64,000 nucleotides of DNA from an uncultured Acidobacteriota bacterium. Lineage in GTDB: Bacteria > Acidobacteriota > Thermoanaerobaculia > Multivoradales > UBA5704. The translations under genes and the position numbers were made by a program. Below, one piece after another: positions 10,161-17,865 of the stretch (position 1 is its first letter; each line of letters begins with the position of its first letter). The notes under the pieces are model-generated. The model saw only the letters and a list, made by a program, of their open reading frames with translations. It ran no database searches and was not told the DNA's origin. The stretch lies in NCBI GenBank assembly GCA_963700145.1, contig OY969474.1, positions 2,624,001 through 2,688,000 of the forward strand. Direction: 5' to 3'.

Positions 10161-10196
10161 GGCCGGAGTCTAGATGCTCCGCGTAAGATGCACCTC

Positions 10197-10586
10197 ATGG
10201 ACCCGCACTTCGACGGAGTGATCTTCCAGACCCACGCGGCCGAGCTGCGGCGCCGGCTGCCGCACCCGTGGCCGCCGTTCGTGGTCGTGGACGTGCGGCC
10301 GGAGGACGAGTACGAGAAGGGCCACATCCCCGGCGCGGTCTGGGGCGGGCACCTGGATTTCCCGCGCGCCGTGCCGGCTCTGGGGCACCTGCCCGCGCGG
10401 ATCGAGATCTTCGTCGTCGGGCGCGATTCCGCGGACCTGATGATCCGCGAGGCGAGCCAGGCGCTGCGCCGGCTGGGGGCGAAGCGGGTGGTCGAGCTGA
10501 CCGGCGGGATGGTCGAGTGGGCGCTGGACGGTGGCCCGCTCGAAGGCGGCGAGACCGGCGGTGGCGAGCTGCCGGAAGCGGCGTAA
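10197..10586 (+). CDS. Rhodanese-like domain protein (no active-site Cys)
   Basis: VDVRPEDEYEKGHIPGA and LTGGMVEW; expected Cys loop reads VVGRDS. Confidence 0.8.
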   Translation: MDPHFDGVIFQTHAAELRRRLPHPWPPFVVVDVRPEDEYEKGHIPGAVWGGHLDFPRAVPALGHLPARIEIFVVGRDSADLMIREASQALRRLGAKRVVELTGGMVEWALDGGPLEGGETGGGELPEAA

Positions 10587-10629
10587 CCGCAGGATCGCTC
10601 CGCCGAGCCCGCAGTCTTTCTCCCGGTCG

Positions 10630-11049
10630 TGGGAGCTTCCTCGGCGGCCTCCGGGACCTTCCGGCGGTGCCCGGGGATCTTCCCCCGGCAGCGGAAGATG
10701 TCTCCCCGAGACCGGAGGACAATCCGTCCCACCTCCGGGAACCTCCGCCGGTCCCCGGAGATCCTCCGGCGGCGCCCCGAGATGTTCCGGCAGCACCGGG
10801 AGATGTTCCGGATGCACCAGAAGATCTATCTTTTGCACCAAAAGATACATCTCCAGGCGCGGAAGATGTATCTCCATCTCTCGGAGATATATCTCCAGGG
10901 CCGGGAGATATATCTCCAGCCGCTCGGAATCTATCTCGAGGGCCTGGGAATCTATCTTTTGCACCTGGAGATACATTCCCGGTGCATGCCGGAACATCTC
11001 CAGGCACCGCCGGAACATCTCCAGGCACCGCGGCGGGATCTCCCGGCCG
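10630..11049. repeat. 21-bp-period degenerate tandem array (~20 units) with overall inverted symmetry (array 1)
   Basis: Units such as GGAGATATATCTCCAGGGCCG; perfect 14-bp palindromes at 10883 and 10904; GAGATGTTCCGG (10779, 10800) mirrored by CCGGAACATCTC (10989, 11010) about centre ~10900. Confidence 0.9.
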
Positions 11050-11138
11050 CCGGCGGCCAAAATGGCAGGATCGCGAGACTCCCCGCCCACCTTCCGCCTC
11101 TTACGCCTGCCCGAGGTCTCGCCTGCTAGAGTGTCGGC

Positions 11139-11345
11139 ATGTTCACCACGGTCGAAGCCGAGGTCGACGAGCAGGGGAACATCCGGCCCAAGGAGCCGCT
11201 GACCCTCGCCCCGGGCTCGCGGGTCCTCGTCACGGTGCTGGAACCCGAGGGCGCCGAGGCTTCGCTGCTGAGCGAGGCGGCGCTGGCCGCCGACTGGGGC
11301 CGTCCCGAGGAAGATGCGGCGTGGTCGCACTTGCCTCAGGGCTAG
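11139..11345 (+). CDS. Small antitoxin-like protein (AbrB/AF2212-like N-terminus)
   Basis: 68 aa, TVEAEVDEQGNIR...VLVTVL beta-hairpin pattern, SEAALAADWGRPEEDAAWSHL tail typical of PemK-associated antitoxins; TAGAGT -10 box upstream. Confidence 0.7.
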   Translation: MFTTVEAEVDEQGNIRPKEPLTLAPGSRVLVTVLEPEGAEASLLSEAALAADWGRPEEDAAWSHLPQG

Positions 11346-11377
11346 TAGTCCTAGTCCGGTTTCCCCCCTCGTCCTGA
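11321..11377 (+). pseudogene. Truncated PemK/MazF-type toxin remnant
   Basis: GTG-started VVALASGLVVLVRFPPSS* overlapping the antitoxin end; resembles the G-x-VVLVPFPFSD N-terminus of PemK toxins but stops after 18 codons. Confidence 0.55.
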
Positions 11378-11619
11378 AACGGCGGCCGGCTGTCGTCCTG
11401 GCTCACGCCGGTGGCGGCGATTGGGTTTCTCTGCCAACTCACCCACTCCTGCGAGCAGGAGTGCGGTGAGAGCGCCGTCCGACTGAGGTCTCCTTCGGCG
11501 CGAACTCTCGCCTCACCGCACGCGCCGTATGCAGAGTCGCAGCGGTAGGCACTGAAGAGGATGAAGTGGACGCGCGCGGCGCGCTGCGGAGCCGTTGGCC
11601 ATCATTTACCGATCGAGCG

Positions 11620-12132
11620 CTACACGAGTGCGATTCGCTCGATTTCTTGTCCTTTCTTTAAGCGGAGATAGTTGTTGAGTAGCTGTGTTCCGCCGTTCAC
11701 GAATACATAAGCCAGTAAGGCCGCGAGGAAGCTGTTCACCATTGGCGCGACTGTCTCCTTCACGACCAAAGAATAGGCTTCCACGGGTTGCGGAGGGCAT
11801 TTATCGCATCCCCCCTTAGCCTTCTCATCGAGGTACTTACCATACGCCGTCACCTTCGTGCCGTAGGCTTGGACCATCTGTGTATAGAGGAGAACTTGCT
11901 GCTTGTAGGTATCGACCCGTTGGCTCAATATTGCGGCCGACTCCTGGGGATCGATCCAGGTGACTTCCTTGATCGCCGGCGGCTCCGGCGGTTGTGGCAC
12001 CTCTCTTGGCTGAATTGCCCCGCCTGTGCCGAAAAGTAGACGTGAGCTAGGGATCAGGACTACTAGTGCGATCACGAAGAACCAGAGCAGGAGAACAATG
12101 CGGGCAATTTTCTTGAAAGTTGTTTCGTCCAT
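11620..12132 (-). CDS. Hypothetical two-TM membrane protein in low-GC island
   Basis: N- and C-terminal hydrophobic helices, CDKC motif, AAGGAG RBS, visibly lower GC than flanks. Confidence 0.7.
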   Translation of the reverse strand: MDETTFKKIARIVLLLWFFVIALVVLIPSSRLLFGTGGAIQPREVPQPPEPPAIKEVTWIDPQESAAILSQRVDTYKQQVLLYTQMVQAYGTKVTAYGKYLDEKAKGGCDKCPPQPVEAYSLVVKETVAPMVNSFLAALLAYVFVNGGTQLLNNYLRLKKGQEIERIALV

Positions 12133-12260
12133 AGTCTCTCCTTAGCCTCCTACAAGAGAGACGGACGTGACTCCGAAGTTCCTCCTATCTGTAGAAAACG
12201 GTTGTTCGGCAAACCCGGCGGCGCGCCTGCCCCACCGGCGGTGGTAAAGGCGGCCGCTAG

Positions 12261-12947
12261 CTAGCAGCTCAACAACGGATCGCACCCGCCAGCCGCGCCG
12301 AGGTCGGGGACGACCCAGGTGGCGCCGGCTGCCGCCAGGGCGGCGGCCGGCGTCCGGCCGGTGGCGACGGCGAGGCAGGGGATGCCGTGGGCGCGGGCGC
12401 AGGCGACGTCGTGGACGCTGTCGCCGACGATCAGGGTGTCCTCCGGTGCGAACTCCCGGCCGTGCGCGCGGGCCGCGCGGCCTAGGGCCACCGGCGGCAG
12501 CTCAGCGCGGTCCGCGGAGTCGCAGCCGTAGGCGCCGAAGGGGAAGAAGCGGTTGAGGTCGAAGCGCGCCAGCTTGGCGCGGGCGCCCGGCTCCCAGTTG
12601 CCGGTGAGGAGGCCGAGCGCCGCCTCGTCGGCCCGCCCCGCCAGCTGCTCCAAGAGCTCGACGACCGCCGGCAGCAGGCGCATCCGCTCGCGCGTCAGCC
12701 CGGCGCCCAGCCGCTCGAGGTAGAGCTCGCGGAAGCGCGGCAGGACGGCCTCGACCGCCTCGCGCTCGATGCCGGCGCCGGTCATCAGGTCGAGCACGAT
12801 CTGCGGGTCGGTCTTGCCGACGAAGTCGTAGCCGTCGACGTCGCCCGCGGTGCCGAAGACCTCGACGAGTGCCGCGCCGAAGAGCGGGCGCACCTGCGGC
12901 CCGCAGTCCACCAGCGTGCCGTCGATGTCGAAGAGGACGAGGCGCAT
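12261..12947 (-). CDS. HAD-family hydrolase (phosphoglycolate phosphatase-like)
   Basis: LFDIDGTL, LLTGN, VGDSVHD. Confidence 0.9.
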   Translation of the reverse strand: MRLVLFDIDGTLVDCGPQVRPLFGAALVEVFGTAGDVDGYDFVGKTDPQIVLDLMTGAGIEREAVEAVLPRFRELYLERLGAGLTRERMRLLPAVVELLEQLAGRADEAALGLLTGNWEPGARAKLARFDLNRFFPFGAYGCDSADRAELPPVALGRAARAHGREFAPEDTLIVGDSVHDVACARAHGIPCLAVATGRTPAAALAAAGATWVVPDLGAAGGCDPLLSC

Positions 12948-13015
12948 CCGGCGCTCCCGTAGGCGCGAAGGCTTTCGCGCCGGGCTCCTGAGCCGGCCGC
13001 TATCATAGCGGCCGC

Positions 13016-14143
13016 ATGTCCGCCGACCGGCGCCGGGACTTCTCGCTCGACGACGGGATCGTCTATCTCAACTGCGCCAACCTGGGGCCGATGCCCCGCG
13101 TCGCCGTCGAGGCGACCGAGCGGGCCCTCCATCTCAAGACCAACCCGCACCTGATCGACGACCGCTCCTTCTACGCGGTCCCCGACGACTTCCGGCGCGC
13201 CGTCGCGCAGCTCGTGGGCGCGGCGCCGTCCGACATCGCGGTGACCGACTCGACGACCTTCGGCGTCATGCTGGTGGTCAACGGGCTCGACTGGCGCGCC
13301 GGCGACCAGGTGGCGATCACGGCCCGCAACTTCCCCGCCAACCGCTTCCCCTGGCAATGGCTGGAGCGGCGCGGCGTCGAGGTCGTCGAGGTGCCCGACG
13401 ACCCCGAGGTCCCGGAGGTCGAGCGCTTCGCCGCCGCCCTGACGCCGCGCACGCGCGTCGTGTCGCTGGAGTGGGTGAGCTACCGCACGGGGGCGCGGCG
13501 CGACCTCGCCGGCGTCGGCGCGCTCTGCCGCGAGCGCGGCGTCCTCTTCGTGGTGGACGGCACGCAGGGGGTCGGCGGCCTGCACTTCGACTTCGCCGCC
13601 ACGCCCTGCGACCTCCTCGTCTGCTCGAGCTACAAGTGGCTGCTGGGGCCGGTCGGCGTCGGCTTCGCCTACGTGCCGCCGGCGACGGCCGAGCGCCTGG
13701 TGCCGCACAACGTCAACTGGTTCCGCGTCGCCGGCGCCGAGGACTTCAGCCGCCTCGCCGAGTGCGAGCTGGAGCTGGTGCCGGGCGCCACCCGCTTCGA
13801 CAAGAACGCCCCCGCCAGCTTCTTCGACCTCGCCGGCGCCATCGCCAGCGCCGACTACCTGGCCGAGGTCACGCCGCGCGCCGTCGAGGAGCACGTCCGC
13901 GGCCTCCTCGACCGGCTCGTCGCCGGGCTGCCCGAGGGCTACCGCGTGCTGGGGTCGCTCCAGCCCGAGCGGCGGTCGAACATTTTGTGCTTCGCGGCGG
14001 CGACGCCGGAGGCGACGCGCGCGGCGTACGAGCGGCTGCGGGCGGCGGGGGTGATCGTCAGCCTGCGCGACGGGGGGATCCGGGTGTCGCCGGGGATCTA
14101 CAACACAGAAGGGGAGATCGAGCGACTACTCCAACTCCTCTAG
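13016..14143 (+). CDS. Class V PLP aminotransferase (cysteine desulfurase/lyase-like)
   Basis: YLNCANLGP, VDGTQGVG, SSYKWLLGPVGVG (PLP lysine), IRVSPGIYNT. Confidence 0.9.
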   Translation: MSADRRRDFSLDDGIVYLNCANLGPMPRVAVEATERALHLKTNPHLIDDRSFYAVPDDFRRAVAQLVGAAPSDIAVTDSTTFGVMLVVNGLDWRAGDQVAITARNFPANRFPWQWLERRGVEVVEVPDDPEVPEVERFAAALTPRTRVVSLEWVSYRTGARRDLAGVGALCRERGVLFVVDGTQGVGGLHFDFAATPCDLLVCSSYKWLLGPVGVGFAYVPPATAERLVPHNVNWFRVAGAEDFSRLAECELELVPGATRFDKNAPASFFDLAGAIASADYLAEVTPRAVEEHVRGLLDRLVAGLPEGYRVLGSLQPERRSNILCFAAATPEATRAAYERLRAAGVIVSLRDGGIRVSPGIYNTEGEIERLLQLL

Positions 14144-14207
14144 CAGTACCTCGACCACTCTGCGGCCTGGTTCAGACCAGTCCAAGCGAAAGATGTCTAC
14201 CTAAGCA

Positions 14208-14969
14208 TTAAGCGGGCTCCTCCTCTCTTGAAGCCTCTCTCCCCGAAAGTTCTCTCTGGATCATGTTGAGAACCTCGACAGCGATTCGCGCTTCCTCCCT
14301 CCCGAGGCCAAGACCAGACCTGATCTCGTAACCAGGATGTACAAGATTCCGATATTCACGGACAGAATGAGATAGCTTCTCCGCTCCCACCGGGACTAAC
14401 CCAAGCTCAATACCCACGTTGATTAATTCGGAGATAGTCCACTTAGTGATTTCGGCAGCTGCCTTGCGCGCGGCCGTTGTTGTCTTTGCAGCGGCCGAAT
14501 TTTGAAGGGCAAGGTCAAGCAAACAGGCCTCGATCGCACTACCAGCCAAGATAATGACAGCCTTCCAACACTCTGCCACGAAAGCTCTCTGGATCTCCGG
14601 GTAATCTCTGTCCAAAAGCCTACGAAGACCAGTGTCCCTTACGAAGGAGAAGTCCCGCTCTTCAGTGATAGGGCTACTATCCGATTCCGGAATTTCAGCC
14701 CGTAGCCGCGCGAGTACTCTACCCAGATACATCGACAAAGCACGCGCAGAATAGCCGCCAAATGAGACGAAGGCGTCCCGGTCACAGGAAGGTACCAAGA
14801 ACGGAAAAAGCTCCCTGGCGCTTTCGACCTCATCCATTATCTGACTGAAGACATCCCCATCAACGTAGCTATGCGTACCGAGACGAGCATCGAGGAAGTT
14901 TTTCTGTTCCGCTAATGTGCTACCGAACAGGCGAAGTGACTTCAGTTCCCGCCGTTGGTCAAGTTTCAC
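14208..14969 (-). CDS. Hypothetical low-GC protein with HEPN-like C-terminal domain
   Basis: KAVIILAGSAIEACL helix and REYRNLVHP (RNxxH) motif; lower GC than neighbours. Confidence 0.65.
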   Translation of the reverse strand: MKLDQRRELKSLRLFGSTLAEQKNFLDARLGTHSYVDGDVFSQIMDEVESARELFPFLVPSCDRDAFVSFGGYSARALSMYLGRVLARLRAEIPESDSSPITEERDFSFVRDTGLRRLLDRDYPEIQRAFVAECWKAVIILAGSAIEACLLDLALQNSAAAKTTTAARKAAAEITKWTISELINVGIELGLVPVGAEKLSHSVREYRNLVHPGYEIRSGLGLGREEARIAVEVLNMIQRELSGREASREEEPA

Positions 14970-14978
14970 ATTCCCTCC

Positions 14979-15785
14979 TCACTCCCGCCAGCGGGGCGGT
15001 TGTTTGGTCTCGAGGAACGTGGCGATGCCGCGCTTGCAGTCCTCCGTCGCACGGGCGGCGGCGTTGGCTTCGGCGGCTAGGGCGAGGGCTTGGTCGAGGG
15101 GCTTGCCGAGGACTTCCAGGAGCAACCGCTTGGTGCGGGCGATCGACTCCGAGCTGGCGTTGGCGAGGATTTCCGCCGCCAGCTCGTCGCCCGCCGCGGC
15201 CAGGCGTTCGCCGGGCACCACGCGGTTGACCAGGCCGATCTCCAGCGCCCGCGACGCCGGCAGGGGGCGCGGGAAGAGGAGCAGCTCGCGCAGGTCGGAG
15301 CCGCGGACGCGCAGCGGCAGGAAGGTGGCGACGAGCGCCGCGACGAAGCCGATCCGCACTTCGCTGTAGAGAAAGGTCGCGGTCTCGGCGGCGACGACGA
15401 AGTCGTGCGCGGTGGCGAGGCCGCAGCCGCCGGCGACGCAGGCGCCGTGGACGAGGGCGATCGTCAGCGCCTCCTGCCGCAGCACCGCGTCGAAGAGGTC
15501 GCGCACGCGGCGGGAGTCGGCGAGGTTCTCCTCCGGGCCGGCGTCGCGCAGCGCGCGCAGGTGGTCGAGGTCGGCGCCGGCCGAGAAGTGCCGGCCGGCG
15601 CCCGAGAGCAGCACCGCCCGCACCCCGTCCTCGCGCAGCGGCCGCCGATAGAGGTCGGTCAGCTCCGCGACCATGGGCGGCGAGAGCGCGTTGGCGCGAC
15701 GCGGGTCGTTGAGCGTGACGCGCAGGAGGTCGCCGTCCTGCCGCACCTCCAGCGCCTCCCAGCGCGCCTCGGCGAGCGCGCTCAT
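14979..15785 (-). CDS. Enoyl-CoA hydratase/isomerase (methylglutaconyl-CoA hydratase-like)
   Basis: FSAGADL, AGGCGL, YSEVRIG crotonase motifs. Confidence 0.9.
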   Translation of the reverse strand: MSALAEARWEALEVRQDGDLLRVTLNDPRRANALSPPMVAELTDLYRRPLREDGVRAVLLSGAGRHFSAGADLDHLRALRDAGPEENLADSRRVRDLFDAVLRQEALTIALVHGACVAGGCGLATAHDFVVAAETATFLYSEVRIGFVAALVATFLPLRVRGSDLRELLLFPRPLPASRALEIGLVNRVVPGERLAAAGDELAAEILANASSESIARTKRLLLEVLGKPLDQALALAAEANAAARATEDCKRGIATFLETKQPPRWRE

Positions 15786-16129
15786 CCCTCCTCCTCCTCC
15801 GGCGGCACCAGCTCGTCCGGCAGCTCGACCTCCATCGCCAGGAGGCCCTGGGCGTGCGTCTTCCCCTGGGCGTCGGTCTTCAAGCTCTCGGTGCCGCCGC
15901 CGCCGAGGGAGTCGTGGAGGAGGAAGTTGAGGGCCAGGAGGTTCGGCACCTCGAAGCGCTCGACCCGGCCGCGGCAGACCTCGCGGAAGTGCTCGCGGAC
16001 GCGCTCCGCCGTCACCTCGCGGCGCAGCACCTCGTAGACCTTCGGGTCGAAAGCGATGAGGCCGACGTTCGAGGCGTCTCCCTTGTCCCCCGAGCGGGCG
16101 AGGGCGACGCGGCGCAGCGCGACCTTCAC
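15782..16129 (-). CDS. AtuA-related small protein (stand-alone AtuA C-terminal domain)
   Basis: ARSGDKGDASNVG, LGGGGTESLKTDAQGK. Confidence 0.85.
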   Translation of the reverse strand: MKVALRRVALARSGDKGDASNVGLIAFDPKVYEVLRREVTAERVREHFREVCRGRVERFEVPNLLALNFLLHDSLGGGGTESLKTDAQGKTHAQGLLAMEVELPDELVPPEEEEG

Positions 16130-16440
16130 GCGCCCACCCCGAAGACGGCGCGCACGCCGAGGTCGAGGTCCTCGCGGTGGACGGCCGCGAGCCCGGCGAA
16201 GGCCGCCAGGCCCACCGCGGCGAGGAGGGCGAGGCTCCCCCACCGGCGCCGCGGCTCCCAGCCGGCCTCGATCCCCTGCCGTAGCAGGACCGTCCAGAGG
16301 AGCGCGAAGGCGAGAGCCCAGCCGACGAAGACGATGCGGTCGGCGACGGCGCTGGCCAAAAAGCCGAGCAGCAGGATGGGGAGGAGGCCGCCCAGGAGCG
16401 GCGCGTACCAGCGGGCGACGAGCCCGCCGCCCGCCGTCAC
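16126..16440 (-). CDS. Small three-TM membrane protein
   Basis: GTGA overlaps at both ends; three hydrophobic segments. Confidence 0.65.
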   Translation of the reverse strand: MTAGGGLVARWYAPLLGGLLPILLLGFLASAVADRIVFVGWALAFALLWTVLLRQGIEAGWEPRRRWGSLALLAAVGLAAFAGLAAVHREDLDLGVRAVFGVGA

Positions 16441-17804
16441 GCCTCCTCCACCGACACCTCGATCTGCCGCTCGACCTCCTCGCGCGCCAGCAGCGCCGGC
16501 CAGTAGGCGACGATCTCCTGCGCCTTCGGGCGGCCGCCGGCGAAGCCGGTGACGCCCGGCGGGCCGGCGGTGATGAGCGGCGCGATCTCCATGCCGAAGC
16601 GCTCGACCTTGGCGCGGTCGGGGTCGCGCACGCCGAGGCGGAGGACCACCTCCGGCGGGTCGGGCGGCACGGCGAAGATGCCGGGGAGGCAGACGCCGAG
16701 GCCGAGGACCTCGGTCGACTTCTGCTCCGGCTCGAAGGTGACGCCGGCGCGCTCCAGACGCTTCCAGACGGTCTCGGCCGCCAGCTCCGCCTTGGCGGCG
16801 GCCTCCGGCCCGCAGAGGGTGATCTGCCCGCTCGTCTTGTAGCCGGCGAGGTAGGAGCCCGAGACCTTGAAGAACGGCGTCTTGGGGCGGCCGCGCACGC
16901 CGGAGACCTCGACCCGGTCCGGCCCGTCCTGGCGCAGGCGGATGGTGGTGAAGTCGGCGGTCACGTCGGGGGTGATGTACTCCTCGGGCCGCCCCATCTC
17001 GTAGAGGAGCTGCTCGGCGACGGTGGCGACGGTGACCATGCCGCCGGTGCCGGGGTGCTTGGTGACGACGAAGGTGCCGTCCGGGCGCGCCTCGACGATC
17101 GGGTAGCCGACGTTCCAGAGGTCGGGCACCTCCCGCCAGCGGCTGTAGTTGCCGCCGGTGCACTGGGCGCCGCACTCGATGATGTGCCCGGCGACGGTGC
17201 CGGCGGCGAGGCAGTCCCACTCCTCCGGCCCCCAGCCGAACTCGTGGATCATCGGCGCCAGCGCCAGCGCGGTGTCGGTGACCCGGCCGCAGAGGACGAT
17301 GAGGGAGCCCTGCTGGAGCGCCTCGCACACCGGGCGGGCGCCCAGGTAGGCGTTGGCGCTTGCCATGCGGCCGACGACCGGCGCCAGCGGCTCGCCGGTG
17401 TCCATGTTCTTCAGCTCGTGGCCGGCGGCGAGGAGCTCGGGCAGGCGCGGCAGGACGTCGTCCCCTTCGACGACGCCGACGCGCAGGCCGGTGATCCCGA
17501 GCTCGCGCGCCACCTCGAAGATGCGGGCGCGGCAGGCGTGGGAGTTCAGGCCGCCGGCGTTCGTGAGGACGCGGACGTTGCGCTCGACCAGCTCGGGCAG
17601 GACGCGGCGGACGAAGCCGATGAAGTCGGTGGCGTAGCCCAGGCGCGGGTCCTTGAGCTTCTGCCGCATCATGATCGACAGCGTCACCTCGGCCAGGTAG
17701 TCCATGCCGATGTAGTCGATCGGCCCGCCGCGCAGCAGCTCCACCGGGGCGTCGACGTTGTCCCCCCAGAAGCCCTGGCCGTTGCCGATGCGGACGGTGC
17801 GCAT
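16437..17804 (-). CDS. Acyclic terpene utilization AtuA family (DUF1446)
   Basis: RIGNGQGFWGD, DYLAEVT, AGHIIECGAQCTGGN, EQLLYE. Confidence 0.92.
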   Translation of the reverse strand: MRTVRIGNGQGFWGDNVDAPVELLRGGPIDYIGMDYLAEVTLSIMMRQKLKDPRLGYATDFIGFVRRVLPELVERNVRVLTNAGGLNSHACRARIFEVARELGITGLRVGVVEGDDVLPRLPELLAAGHELKNMDTGEPLAPVVGRMASANAYLGARPVCEALQQGSLIVLCGRVTDTALALAPMIHEFGWGPEEWDCLAAGTVAGHIIECGAQCTGGNYSRWREVPDLWNVGYPIVEARPDGTFVVTKHPGTGGMVTVATVAEQLLYEMGRPEEYITPDVTADFTTIRLRQDGPDRVEVSGVRGRPKTPFFKVSGSYLAGYKTSGQITLCGPEAAAKAELAAETVWKRLERAGVTFEPEQKSTEVLGLGVCLPGIFAVPPDPPEVVLRLGVRDPDRAKVERFGMEIAPLITAGPPGVTGFAGGRPKAQEIVAYWPALLAREEVERQIEVSVEEA

Positions 17805-17865
17805 GCGCGAGGGAGCGTAGCAGAGCGCGCCGCGGGCGCCGCCCGCTAGACTACGCGCCGTCCCG

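Noticed and set aside
10629-11129. 166-aa heptad-repeat ORF (and its antisense twin) as a confident CDS
   Set aside because: No SD or -10 box, almost all frames are open, and both strands give similar peptides because of DNA symmetry; kept only as a hypothesis under array 1.
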